A stretch of DNA of 63,196 nucleotides, counting the filler, from Octopus bimaculoides (lineage: Eukaryota), in the NCBI RefSeq assembly GCF_001194135.2. It is 6 parts of 5 records of this genome, joined end to end, with 100 filler letters (N's around TTAATTAATTAA, not from the genome) between each part and the next. Parts side by side here need not be neighbours in the genome. Positions count along the whole stretch, not along the records: positions 1 to 22,055 come from NC_069008.1; 5 more parts are not named here. The stretch is one strand, 5' to 3'. A model generated the notes under the pieces. The model saw only the letters and a list, made by a program, of their open reading frames with translations. It made no database searches and was not told the DNA's origin. Shown here piece by piece: positions 1 to 13,619 of the stretch (positions are counted from its first letter, which is position 1; the number at the start of each line of letters is the position of its first letter). A program made the position numbers and the translations under genes.

Positions 1-191
1 GAGATGGCTTGTTCTCTGCAAATTATTATGGTTCTGCAAACGAAATCATCCGCGACAAGCTTCGGTTCGGCGGAGTTAGTACGAGAAGGGCGCCAAGAGA
101 GCTTACCGATGTGAATAAGCGCAATTATATCTCGACTTCTATTGATTCAAATTGAAAATCATACTAGAAACACATAAAATCCTATTCTGTA

Positions 192-546
192 CAAGGATGG
201 GCTGAAAAGTTCATAGTTTCACTATGAAGGAGTGATGCTAAAGCTGTGAAATCTTGCGTGCATTAATTTCAACTCTTATAAATAACTGCATTGTTTCTTT
301 TCAAGTAAACTGACATCTCTCTCTCTTCAAAGAAGACATCAAAAGTAGCGACTTCTCTTGAAAATCGACAAAATTTGGCATCGTGGTGTTCACGTGGCAT
401 GACGAAAGTTTCTGCTTGGTGGATGCCACGTCTTCTAACACCTAACCAAAAGCGCACCAGGATAATTACATCACGGGGAAATCTGACAGTGTTTCAAGCG
501 GATCCAGCTAGTTTCCTCGAATATTTCCTAACCCAGGACGAATATT
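192..546 (+). mobile_element. Internally deleted mariner (Tc1/mariner) relic
   Basis: TA followed by TIR-like CAAGGATGGGCTGAAAAGTTCATAG. A degenerate transposase start (xDKIWHRGV) is joined by deletion to GMTKVSAWWMPRLLTPNQKRTRIITS/ENLTVFQADPASFLEYFLTQDE, matching the mariner WVPRLL and TxDE motifs, with one frameshift. Confidence 0.75.
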
Positions 547-559
547 AGCTATATCATGA

Positions 560-1186
560 GGGTGCACAGCCTAGTGGTTAGGGTGTTGAACTCACGATCG
601 CAGGATCGTGCTTTCAATTCTTATACCGGGTGGTGCGTTGTGTTCTTGAGCAAAACACTTCATCTCACGTTGCTCTACGATCACTTCAATACCTGACGCG
701 TGGTACACCTTGCACCTGTAAGGCGGCGAGTTGGCAGAAACGTTAGCACGCCGGGCGAAATGCTTAGCGGTATTTCGTCTGCCGCTACGTTCAGAGTTCA
801 AATTCCGCCGAGGTCGACTTTGCCTTTCATCCTTTCGGGGTCGATTAAATAAGTACCAGTTACGCACTGGGGTCGATATAATCGATTTAACCCGTTTGTC
901 TGTCCTTGTTTGTCCCCTCTGTGTGTAGCCCCTTGTGGATAGTAAAGAAATAACACCTTGCATCTGTTCAGATAACGTCGATTTGATGGAGAGAGTGAGC
1001 TGATGTGCAGCTCAAACATTTGATCATTATAAGCAATTCATTTGTGCAGGTCGTTCGGCAAAAGCTGAACGCACACACATCGTCTTCAATGGGAGAGTAC
1101 ATCATAAGACACATTCTTATATAACTCCAGCCAGACCTTGTGAATGCATTGGGCAGTCGGAAACTGAGAGGAGGCAGTTGTATTTA
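560..1186 (+). mobile_element. tRNA-derived SINE (family E), interrupted by a family A SINE
   Basis: A-box-like GCCTAGTGGTTAG and degenerate B box; CORE-like TTGAGCAAAACACTT; the 3' part CCTTGTGAATGCATTGGGCAGTCGGAAACTGAGAGGAGGC resembles the family B body. Confidence 0.65.
720..952 (+). mobile_element. SINE family A (tail A1) with TSD
   Basis: Near-identical to the copies at 2391 and 48233; flanked by ACACCTTGCA(C/T)CTGT at 705-719 and 953-967. Confidence 0.9.
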
Positions 1187-2010
1187 TTTATTTATTTATT
1201 TAGATAGATAGATAGATAGATAGATAGATTCAAAATTCCAATGAGTTATCATTATCGTTAAAAGAAATTATGGCTTTTAATAACACATATTTTGCATATT
1301 TTGGTTATGTTTGCTGGCCACTTTATCAATCTTTTTTTAAAAAATGATGATAACTGATTGGAATTTCGAATTTATACTTGCTCGCTATTGTTCGTTTGGA
1401 AGTCGCAGGGCCTTCAGCTGAACAGACGCGCACGGAATGCTGAATACATTTTTAAAATAGTTTACCTAATAAGCCTAGCTGATGAGCTTTAAGTGTCAAT
1501 TCGGCACAGAAAGTGAAATCAATTGATACTGGAATATCTACTCTTCTATCTGTGGTTTTACAAATGAAGGACTGTTTTTTTAGTATATCTGCTGCATTTT
1601 CCGTGCGTGCTTACATATAGTGAGAAATGCGTGGCTTTGGAGAGCTTTAACTCTTCTTTCTAGCAAACAGGTGCATATTGTATCCTGGTTTTTAATGATA
1701 TATATACGTACACNNNNNNNNNNNNNNNNNNNNNNNNNNNNNNNNNNNNNNNNNNNNNNNNNNNNNNNNNNNNNNNNNNNNNNNNNNNNNNNNNNNNNNN
1801 NNNNNNNNNNNNNNNNNNNNNNNNNNNNNNNNNNNNNNNNNNNNNNNNNNNNNNNNNNNNNNNNNNNNNNNNNNNNNNNNNNNNATATATATATATAAAC
1901 TGGCAACCCCCACGAAGCTTACTTGGTGAGGACGGTAATTGTTGGACACCATGCGGGAAGAAAAATAAGATCCGTCAAAGGGCAGAGGAACTCATCCAAC
2001 ATATGTGTGA

Positions 2011-2041
<31 letters not shown>

Positions 2042-2390
2042 TGTATGAGCTACTCTACTTCGGACAACAGAATAATACTTAATCACTCTATGGAACGATT
2101 GGGAGTTAGTTTGGTGTTTGGAACAGGATAGCCAACCTCATGGGCAGGCAGATGCTCTTTATTCTTGGATGATAATTTCCCTAGAAGGAAATCTCCAAAA
2201 TAAAACCTGGGATCTTATAAGTTCCCGGTTGTGTCAAGTCTCATGTCATACCAGCGAAAGTCTTCTTGAGCCAATAGGTGGAAGTAGTGCTAGGCAGGCT
2301 ACACCTACTGCAAATTATTTATCTGCACAGGTATTTCTTGTACACCAAATCTTAGTAAAACCATTGAATTGGTTGGCAGAAACCTAAAAA

Positions 2391-2621
2391 GGCGGCGAGC
2401 TGGCAGAAACGTTAGCACGCCGGGCGAAATGCTTAGCGGTATTTCGTCTGCCGCTACGTTCTGAGTTCAAATTCCGCCAAGGTCGACTTTGCCTTTCATC
2501 CTTTCGGAGTCGATTAACTAAGTACCAGTTACGCACTGGGGTCGATATAATCGACTTAATCCGTTTGTCTGTCTTTCTTTGTCCCCTCTGTGTGTACCCC
2601 CTTGTGGGAAGTAAAGAAATA
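2391..2621 (+). mobile_element. SINE family A (tail A1) with TSD
   Basis: GGCGGCGAGCTGGCAGAAACGTTAG head, GAGTTCAAATTCC B box and GCCTTTCATCCTTTCGG central domain; perfect 13-bp TSD AGAAACCTAAAAA at 2378-2390 and 2622-2634. Confidence 0.92.
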
Positions 2622-2679
2622 AGAAACCTAAAAATGCACTTGTAACTTACTCTGAAATGTCTCAAAAACAGATTCAGTA

Positions 2680-3590
2680 AATAGCAAAAAAGGCTTGGGA
2701 CTGCCAGGAGAACAGGTGTGGGTCGGCAGGTCTCCCAGTGTGTTACAAGCTGGGCCCGGTCGTCATCCTACCATTGTGGTCAAACAATCTTCAAGAAGAA
2801 GAAAAATAAACATCCTCTGAATTTTGGCTGTTGGAATGTGCATACACTCCTAGATGATAATTTCAATAAGAGTCCAGAAAGCCGTACTGCACTTACTGCA
2901 TGTGAGCTTAAAAAATATTCCCTTGCACTCTCTGAAACTCGTCTCTCTGGTGAGGATCAAGTAAATGATCCTACTTATGGAGAGGACTACCTGAGGGTAG
3001 AGAATCTGGTGTTGGGTTTGCTCTCAAGAGTTCAGTAGTATCCTCCATTGCAGAATTTCCAAGTGGTGTATCTGAACGAACTATATCATGCCGTATAAAA
3101 CTAACAAAAGGTAGGTTTCTTACCGTTGTCAGTATTTATTCCCCAACAATGTCTCATTCTGATGAAACTGTAGGACAGTTCTATGATACTCTAGTACAAT
3201 TATTGAGGAAAATACCAATTTCTGACAAGCTGGTCATATTAGGAGATTTCAACGCAGAAGTTGGGAATGGCTATATTTCATGGCCGCCTCTTTCAGGCCG
3301 ACATGGGATTGGAAAATGTATTAAAAATAGAATAGGTCTTTTGACGTTTTGTACTGAGAATAATCTGGTTGTTACCAACTCTGTTCCAGCAGAAAAATAA
3401 ATATAAAACCAACTGGATGCACCCAAGATCTAAGGACTGCCATCTCATAGATTATATTTTGATCAGAAAACGTGATATGAAAGATGTTTCTAGTATTCGG
3501 TCCATGAGAGGAGCAGAGAGCTGGACTGATCATCGTCGAGTGCGTGGAAAAATGAATTTTTCGATGATGTCTAAAAGTCGGTAGCTTGGT
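2680..3590 (+). mobile_element. RTE-clade LINE relic: AP-endonuclease domain, frameshifted
   Basis: Three partial ORFs give APE motifs in order: LNFGCWNVHTL, LALSETRL, SIYSPT, VILGDFNAEVG, NLVVTN, WMHPRSK..HLIDYIL, WTDHR. Confidence 0.85.
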
Positions 3591-3807
3591 CCTACGCAAT
3601 GGCGTGTCAAGAGGGGCGGGGAAGGCGGTCCGTCCCGGATGGCACATTTTATTTGTATTAAGATATCATTAATAAAAATGCAGTATAAATATCATAGATT
3701 ACAATAATGTATAATAGCTATTAAAATTTCCTTAAAATTTAAATTTATCATCAGTAAACTTGTACTGTGTTAATACTGTGTAATATTTTTATTTTGTTAT
3801 GCGCCCT

Positions 3808-4124
3808 TTTAAAGCCTAGCCAGGCTCATGGGCCCGGTTTCCCGGTTTCTTTGGCGTATGTGTTCCCCGGTTTCTTTGGCGTATGTGTTCCCCGCTCCTA
3901 GCTGGACGGGACGCCAGTCCATCGCAGCTTTACCCAAAAAACAGGAAGAAAGAGTGAGAGAAAGTTGGGGCGAAATAGTACAATAGGGGTCGCCACCTGC
4001 CGGAGCCTCGTGGAACTTTAGGTGTTTTCGCTCAATAAACACACACAACGCCCAGTCTGGGAATCGAAACCGCGATCCTCCGACCGCGTGTCCGCTGCTC
4101 TAACTACTGGGCCATTGCACCTCC
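3808..4124 (-). mobile_element. SINE family C (tail C1)
   Basis: Reverse complement of the copy at 43087-43404; contains an internal tandem duplication of CCGGTTTCT(T)TGGCGTATGTGTTCC. Confidence 0.88.
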
Positions 4125-5040
4125 ATTGTGTAACATACAGTATCATATTGTTAATACAGTAATATTGTGTGTTACTGGATAAGACAGTGTGTCGATGATA
4201 TTCAGAAAGTTGATTATTTTTTAGGCTAATGCAGCCCCATTCTACCTTACTATTGTGTTTAACAACCTGGTGAATGGTATCATTAAGAGAACATCGAACC
4301 CGTCCACTGCCAATGATGCTTTGGCAGCCAGTGTGTTTAATGACTGTTTAGTAGAAAGTGGGTTATACATCTTTAGATGTATACCTGACTTTCCTACTAT
4401 AAACTTAGAATATAACGGAACGCTGAACTCCAGACCATCAACTTAAACAACATTTATTCAGGTGGTAAATATATACATCTTTAGTTCTTGTTGTTACAGC
4501 TTCTGATTGTGTGAGCATAGTTGTTGGGACGTTGTTATGTAGGTGTAAGCGAGCTGTCGAGTGTAAGTCCGAAAGATGGTGAAAGACAGCTTAACACGTA
4601 AGGAGACTGTCTCCAGGTTGGANNNNNNNNNNNNNNNNNNNNNNNNNNNNNNNNNNNNNNNNNNNNNNNNNNNNNNNNNNNNNNNNNNNNNNNNNNNNNN
4701 NNNNNNNNNNNNNNNNNNNNNNNNNNNNNNNNNNNNNNNNNNNNNNNNNNNNNNNNNNNNNNNNNNNNNNNNNNNNNNNNNNNNNNNNNNNNNNNNNNNN
4801 NNNNNNNNNNNNNNNNNNNNNNNNNNNNNNNNNNNNNNNNNNNNNNNNNNNNNNNNNNNNNNNNNNNNNNNNNNNNNNNNNNNNNNNNNNNNNNNNNNNN
4901 NNNNNNNNNNNNNNNNNNNNNNNNNNNNNNNNNNNNNNNNNNNNNNNNNNNNNNNNNNNNNNNNNNNNNNNNNNNNNNNNNNNNNNNNNNNNNNNNNNNN
5001 NNNNNNNNNNNNNNNNNNNNNNNNNNNNNNNNNNNNNNNN

Positions 5041-5099
5041 CCTAACCCTATCTCTAACCCACGTGTGCAAATGAATACGTGTTTAGGGTTAGGGTTAGG
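5041..5099. repeat. Short inverted telomere-like repeats (CCCTAA ... TTAGGG)
   Basis: CCTAACCCTA (5041-5050) is the exact reverse complement of TAGGGTTAGG (5090-5099); abuts an N gap. Confidence 0.55.
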
Positions 5100-5844
5100 A
5101 TCAACCACTCACGACTAGCTAGCGCGGACGCGCGACTGCGCGTTCGGGACCATGCTGCTTTAGTAGTACCCTCAACAGAAGCAGACAATGCAAACTTAGA
5201 GATGCTACGGACAAGTTAAACAGAGAACATAGGTACAGAAACCACCAAAGGCATTTTACTGAAAAGTAGTGAAAAAATGAGAGTTAGCTCCCCTATATGT
5301 TTGAGGTAATCGACACGCATGCGCATTAGTTGTACTTCCGTATTCACTTCCACATTAAAAGTTTTCTATCGCGCACGTGTTTCTGTTAATTAACTTCTGC
5401 AATCACTTTTGATATATTTCTGAACTTACACACACACACACGCACACGCAAACTTTTAATACATATAATACACACACTTTATAAGAAGTCTTTCCTTTAT
5501 AAAGCATTTCCGTAAGTATTAAACGATGAAAATATTCAATCTTTTAATCCTGTAGACTTTCGGTTTTTGTGGTGCCGTTTATTTGTATGTCCAGTATCTT
5601 GTTTGAATGTTTGATGTCTGCGAGATTTGTGTGTTATTTCTAGCTACGGAAGAGAGATGTCTATGATCTGTGGTAGCTTTGGCGGATGTAGTCCTTCTCA
5701 TTGGCAAAATGAGCCCCCTTTAATTTTACTCAGATTGCTTTCAATTTTAGTGTATCGATGCAATTCTTTGATTACAATCAACCAAATACTTTATCTCGTA
5801 AATTGAAAAATATGATGTTATTGGAATTAAAGTTGGGTGGGTCC

Positions 5845-6117
5845 AGATGGACTATATATAATCTGAACCTTTACCCCACTTATTTTATTTTTTATTTTTA
5901 CGGAATCCCACGTTTTAGGCTATGGAGATTCCGATTCTGAAAAAAAAANNNNNNNNNNNNNNNNNNNNNNNNNNNNNNNNNNNNNNNNNNNNNNNNNNNN
6001 NNNNNNNNNNNNNNNNNNNNNNNNNNNNNNNNNNNNNNNNNNNNNNNNNNNNNNNNNNNNNNNNNNNNNNNNNNNNNNNNNNNNNNNNNNNNGGTTCAGA
6101 TTACATATAGTCCGTCT
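5845..6117. mobile_element. Candidate MITE with 25-bp terminal inverted repeats
   Basis: AGATGGACTATATATAATCTGAACC (5845-5869) vs GGTTCAGATTACATATAGTCCGTCT (6093-6117): 23/25 as inverted repeats; interior partly N; no clear TSD. Confidence 0.55.
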
Positions 6118-6831
6118 CCGCCGTTGGGTGATTTTAGCCAGTCGACCGCGAAGCATTTACAGTTTGTTACCATGACAACCGCACGTTGTGTTAGTGTTTC
6201 ACCAGCATTTGTTAATTCTTCACACCACGAGATTTACTTCACCGGCGTGTTTGTTTTTAATAAAAAATTATACTTATCAATTAGAATTTTGTTAAAGATA
6301 TTTTTCGTCAAGTGTCTTAATATTTTACATATTTTTCGTATATAGCAAAAGCTGTTTGTGATGTTTATACAGTTTCTTGGCCTTATGAAGGTGAATGGAT
6401 TATGTGAACTTAGTACAGATAATTTAACATTATTTTTTAATTCCGCATGCAAAAACATAAGATAACAGGTATTCTTCTTTTTGGAACAAATTCTTTGTTG
6501 ACCAGTGTTATTCTTATCATAGTTTACAAATCCAAACATGAAAACGTTACTCAACTTTGAAGTTTTGGAGACAGACGCCCCCTTTTCACACACACACACA
6601 CGCACACGCATGCACTTATATATTAATGATGTACACAAATACATGACAGGTAGACATAATACTGAAATACACATAAAGTAAACACATGCAGACAAATATG
6701 TTAATATAACAATTTTTTAAAAAAATAATAAATAAACCATACAATCAAGGAAGAGACAAAACAAACGGTAAGATAATACATGTTGATTTAGAAACCTACA
6801 ATGAAGAGGTCATTTCGCAGACACTAAAGTA

Positions 6832-6913
6832 TATAGATGTTTTCGATCTAGTTTGGATTCTTTGCAATCAAATTTGATGGCAAATAATCCAAACTAGATC
6901 GGAAACATCTATA
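6832..6913. repeat. 82-nt near-perfect hairpin
   Basis: 28-nt arms TATAGATGTTTTCGATCTAGTTTGGATT / AATCCAAACTAGATCGGAAACATCTATA (27/28 complementary), with inner TTTGC/GCAAA and ATCAAA/TTTGAT pairing. Confidence 0.85.
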
Positions 6914-7631
6914 AATTTCACAGGGTACAACCTTCAAGTTGACTCTTGCTATTGGCTAAAAATACATAATTTTTCGATTTTTAAACTTCTGTTACTTTTT
7001 CCTCCAATTTTTTTTTTCGTCCCAATATCATACCTTTGTAGCAATCAGACTGGAAAAATTTACTATTATAGACGATTTTCAGATTTTTTTACTGTCTTTT
7101 AAGAAATATATATTTTGCAAATGAAAAAAAGCTAGATCAGTTTTGGCTGCTATTTTTTCGTTATGGAAGAGAGAAGTCTATGATCTGTGTGAGATTTGGC
7201 TGCTATTTCTAGCTGTGGAAGCTACCTTCTCTACTCTCTATCATTGCCTTGTTAGTTTGTTGTGTGTCTCAGTTCGAGAAATATTCTCAAATACACTCCA
7301 ACCACTGAAATGTTCAGAAACTGGCATAACTACAGACTTGTAAAGACCATGTGATGCGATGTGAGAATGTCTCTTTAGTACCACATCACACAGCATTTAC
7401 AATAAAAAGAAATGAACGACGAAATGCCAGCGGGAAAAAGACACAACTGTGGAGAATGATTAAAAGAACATTTATTGATATGTTAACATGTGTGTCTGTG
7501 TGTGCGTCATGTATACAGAATAATAGACAGGCTGTCATGAGAAAATGTGTGTGTGTGTAGGCATAGACGTATGCACATGTGTTAAGTACCTATAAAGACA
7601 CAAGAAAGACAATACCAGTTTGTAGTCAGTA

Positions 7632-8173
7632 GTAGGAGTGGTTGTGTGGTAAGTAGCTTGCTTACGAACCACAGGGTTCCGGGTTCAGTCTCACTGTGTG
7701 GCATCTTGGGCAAGTGTCTTCTATTATAGCCTCGGGCTGACCAAAGCCTTGTGAGTGGATTTGGTAGGCAGAAACTGAAAGAAGCATGTCGTATATATGT
7801 ATATATAAACATATATATATATATATCGTCGTTTAACATCCGCTTTCCATGCTAGCATGGGTTGGATGATTTGACTGAGGACTGGTGAACCAGATGGCTA
7901 CACCAGGCTCCAATCTGATTTGGCAGAGTTTCTACAGCTGGATGCACTTCCTAACGCCGTATGCGTTTGTGTGTCTGTGTTTGTCCCCCCCCCCCAACAT
8001 CACTTGATGACCGATGCTGGTGTGTTTACGTCTTCGTAACTTAGTGGTTCGGCAAAAGAGACCGATAGAATAAGTACTAGGCTTACAAAGAATAAGTCCT
8101 GAGTCGATTTGCTCGACTAAAGGTGGTGCTCCAGCATGGCCACAGTCAAATTACTGAAACAAGTAAAAGAGTA
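7632..8173 (+). mobile_element. SINE family B (tRNA head, CORE-like body, microsatellite centre, long tail)
   Basis: GTAGGAGTGGTTGTGTGGTAAG head, CORE-like ATCTTGGGCAAGTGTCTTCT, tail ending GAAACAAGTAAAAGAG; many copies in this window. Confidence 0.9.
7826..7958 (-). mobile_element. Short retroposon D inserted in the (TA)n centre of a family B SINE
   Basis: Reverse complement of 36188-36330; element strand starts GGCGTTAGGAAG and ends GTTAAACGACGA. Confidence 0.8.
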
Positions 8174-8949
8174 ATAGTATCAAGAAGTTGCGGCCATGAT
8201 GCTGAGCCCGTTACAGGTCCATATCATACGTGATGTCGGTGCTGTGATGCTGACTGGGTCACTTGTACAGGAGTTCATACAGGTTGTATATTCGTTGTTG
8301 ATCCATGGTGGAGTAATTCATGAACAGTGGAGTATTGGAACCTGGGTGAATTGCTTACTGAGCTGTGTACATGGAGAGATGATGTTGACGACGTTACGGA
8401 CATGATGGTGGTGGTGAAGATGGAGGTTGTCGAAATGCTGTTGGACGAAGTTGGTAAGTGTCAACATGTGGTGGTGTTTGGTTGGTGTTGTCACTGGAAT
8501 TGGCTGTCCTGTGGTCAGTGGCTAGATGTGAAAAAGGTCTGGAATCAAAGATACGAGGAGAAGCTGAGTTTTTCTAACGAGCTGTAGGCTAAAAATAGGG
8601 TTGTAAACAGGCTGTCCCACGTGATCCTTCTTAGGGCCTCTGACTGGTTATCCACAGCAAGTTGGTGCAACAGAATAAGAGACAAATTGTGCTAATGCCA
8701 ACCAATCAGAGTCGTGGACACAATAGGATCCAAATAGATGCCAAAGACTTGCTGTTCCTTGCTATGTTCGAATGTAAATATATATAATAAAGTGGAGAAA
8801 AGAATTACAACCGGGTCTATGCTGCAGATGTGTACCCCTCCCCTCCCCCCTACGAATTTGTTGCCTCATAACTTCCAGAAAAATAGATAGATTTTAACGA
8901 TATTTTGAAAAATCCTGCTTAAATGTTATAGATTCAAAGTATATAGGGA

Positions 8950-9070
8950 TTTCTTGCAAAGAATTCTTCAGAGGGGTTGGGGAGAGGACTTTCAGATATT
9001 TCACACGATCCGACTTTTCCCTCATAACTTTCAGGAAAATGGGTATCTTTTAATGAAAGTTTATGCAAAT
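8950..9070. repeat. Dispersed repeat; inverted homolog at about 54310-54425
   Basis: CACACGATCCGACTTTTCCCTCATAACTTTCAGGAAAATGGGTATCTTTTAATGAAAG matches the reverse complement of TTCATTAAAAGATATCCATCTTCCTGAAAGTTATGAGGGAAAAAAAGTTAGATCGTGTG. Probably a non-autonomous DNA element. Confidence 0.7.
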
Positions 9071-9341
9071 ACCTTCCAAATGGCATAGATTATGATTATG
9101 AAGATAGAAATGAATATCTTGTGAATTGATTTGGTAAATGCAAACTTAAAAGGGGCTCTTTATATGTATACATATATATATTTATATATATATATATAAC
9201 AATTTTAGGGATAAAATCCAAAAATACAGGTAAAAACTCAATTAAAATCAATTTATAAAAAATCAAAATTAAATTGAGCTTTATAGATAAAATATATAGT
9301 TTTAGGGAAAATAACCAAGTTTCAAGAACTCATCGATGAAA

Positions 9342-9541
9342 ATCCACTATCACATATAGAAAAATTAACAATTAAAAGCACAATAAATGAGTATAATATA
9401 AAACAAAGTAAATATCATAAGATAAAGATAATAATAATAAAGATAATAATATTATTTTTATCTTATGATATTTACTTTGTTTTATATTATACTCATTTAT
9501 TGTGCTTTTAATTGTTAATTTTTCTATATGTGATAGTGGAT
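9342..9541. repeat. Perfect 85-bp inverted repeat running into a gap
   Basis: 9342-9426 and 9457-9541 are exact reverse complements around a 30-nt (ATA)-rich spacer. Confidence 0.9.
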
Positions 9542-10717
9542 NNNNNNNNNNNNNNNNNNNNNNNNNNNNNNNNNNNNNNNNNNNNNNNNNNNNNNNNNNN
9601 NNNNNNNNNNNNNNNNNNNNNNNNNNNNNNNNNNNNNNNNNNNNNNNNNNNNNNNNNNNNNNNNNNNNNNNNNNNNNNNNNNNNNNNNNNNNNNNNNNNN
9701 NNNNNNNNNNNNNNNNNNNNNNNNNNNNNNNNNNNNNNNNNNNNNNNNNNNGGCATCGACCATGATTGGATGGTGCTTTTTACATGCCACTGGCACATGG
9801 ATCACGACTACAATTTCCATTTGAATGTGATTTTTTTTTTATTTTGATGTACTTGACTCAATAGGATTCCTCAAGCATGGCATGTCGCCCTAAGATTCAA
9901 GGAACTTTTGAATGGGTTTGTTATGCAACACCGGTGTGGGTTACAGCTGTGAACTCACTTTATTTGCCGGGTCTTCTCAGTCACAGCATATCTCCAGAGG
10001 TCTCAGTCTTTTATCATTGCCTCTCTTTGAGTTTCAATCTACCAAATCCACTCAGATGGCTTTGGTTGCACCGATGCTACAGTAGAAGAGACTTGCTGAA
10101 CCTTAAATCCCATGTTTAGGAATTGAGTTTCTTAATCCCTACCAGGCCAGTTATATGCTTCTTTAATGTATTTTGTTCTTTGCCAATGGTTATTCTTGTT
10201 TGATTTCTGATAAAAATCATCACAACTGCAAAGACAACTTGATTTTCATATGACCATATGTGGTCATACAACTTACTAGACATAGCAGCACATCTGCCTT
10301 AAATATCAACTTTCAGTAATAAATATTGAAGACCACATTGGATGATGTAATCCTAGTTTCACGATCCTTGAGTGAAAGACATGACGTTCATGGACGGAAT
10401 GTCTATAATCTTATATCTACTCATTCAGAGCTGTCTCAGGGTCAATGAGCAATAAAGTTATATTTCAGGAAGGAAAATAATGTTATTGTCCACAACTGTG
10501 TAGTTTAATTTAAAGAATGGTACACAATGTGAAGGTGTAGTTGTAGTTTAGAAATATGTAAGCTTCATGTGAGATTCTGTGATGTAAATGTGAATAAATT
10601 GATAAGTTCAGTTGTTCCAGCAGATGTTTTGTTTCTAGAGTTTATCTCTCCAGAAACGTCCTGTTTCTGCTTCAAGTAGCCTCTGTGTCTTACACTGTTA
10701 TTTCTTTATTGTTTCAG

Positions 10718-11059
10718 AATATCAAATGACGTTGGATTAACAGAAGATACATTCTCAGTGACTAAAGAAATATTTTGTACAGAAACAGATTTATAACACT
10801 GTTTCTCTAAATTTGTGGAAAAATTCCTATGAAATGTTTGCTCTCACCTGAGATTATTTGCAAAATTTTGAAACATCACTCACTGGAATATCAAGAAGAA
10901 TAGTTTGTGCATTGATTACACTTGCATAAATTAACCTAAGTATTGTTAGAGAAAGGTAACAGTGGATGAAATTACAGCAGTAGAAATATTTGTAAGAGTA
11001 AACTATAAGAAAAAAACCAAGGAAAAATATATATACATTAACATTTGGGAAGAATAATA
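10718..11059 (+). other. Probable 5' UTR portion of the zinc-finger coding exon
   Basis: Polypyrimidine tract and acceptor TTTCTTTATTGTTTCAG at 10701-10717; about 10905-11025 is homologous to 20515-20635 upstream of the paralog. Confidence 0.55.
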
Positions 11060-12563
<1,504 letters not shown>

Positions 12564-13288
12564 NNNNNNNNNNNNNNNNNNNNNNNNNNNNNNNNNNNNN
12601 NNNNNNNNNNNNNNNNNNNNNNNNNNNNNNNNNNNNNNNNNNNNNNNNNNNNNNNNNNNNNNNCCTTTATCGATAATTGTTGATGCTTTTGTCCAATTAG
12701 CACACATATTCATACAGCTCTTTCTCGATGTAGGATTAATGCATGTTATTTAATCAGGACTTCGTATATTGACCCCGGAGAAATTCTTGAAACATTTTTG
12801 GGGGTATTATATGATTCTTATATGCTATAAAATTGGCTATTTACTTACAGAATGTTACGTTTTCGATTTCACCCTTATAATTTATGAATCAATATCCTGT
12901 TACGTCGGTAGTTGACTCTAAGTAGTCTTTATTTATTGTCAACGGTGTTCAGATTTCCTAGCCAAATCCTTGCATTGTGCAACAGTAATGGCTAAGCAGG
13001 ACTATTACAGATCTGTGAACTCTGTACTATCACCGACTCACCACCACTTGCAGGGTTTCTTTCTGTTACTCTCTTACACTTTTCTACCTTCTCTTCCTCG
13101 TTCTCTTTCTAAATATTAAATTTTACCTTGTCTTTTTTTCTCTTTGCTAAAATCCTTTCAATTTCTCTCTGCCTGTCTGCCTGTCTATCTGACTCTTTCT
13201 CTCTCTCACTCTCTCTCTCTCTCTCTCTCTCTCTTTCACGTCATTTCTTTCACCCTTCTTTCTCCCTCTTTCAATCATAGAGCCAAGA

Positions 13289-13619
13289 ATGTCCCTGTTT
13301 CCCTTTACCCGTCTTGCTGCAATGGAAGTGCTGCTGTTAACCCTTACAACAATCCTGGCTGTTACCTCAGATCAGGAATTTGGTGAAGCTTACTACAAAC
13401 GTTTGGAACCTGGTTATTCCTATGGTTATCTTCAGACATCTCCAACACAACAATTCTCCACCGTATCAAGTGTACTGGAATGTGCCGTCATGGCTCTGAA
13501 CAGCCAATCAGAATTCTTTACTTACCACAAAGTCAGCCATGTTTGTAAGAATTATTCACCGAAAAATATAATGACAGTCGTCAGCATGAATGACAGCAAC
13601 GAGATTTCCTTCTATAGAT
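13289..13619 (+). pseudogene. Exon 1: signal peptide + PAN/apple-like domain
   Basis: MEVLLLTLTTILAVTS hydrophobic leader; SVLECAVMA..FFTY...VC..Y pattern; donor GTAAGT at 13620. Confidence 0.85.

Noticed and set aside
392-431. 9-bp inverted repeat ACGTGGCAT / ATGCCACGT
   Set aside because: Lies within mariner coding sequence (GMTK..WMPR); probably chance.
1470-1520. CTGATGAG motifs at about 1478 and about 28707 as hammerheads
   Set aside because: No stem II closing onto GAAA and no stem I/III pairing found.
8180-8760. Complex non-repetitive segment with short ORFs
   Set aside because: No recognisable motif or splice-consistent exon; possibly an old TE fragment. The same applies to 19070-19400, 25600-25900 and 51480-52000.
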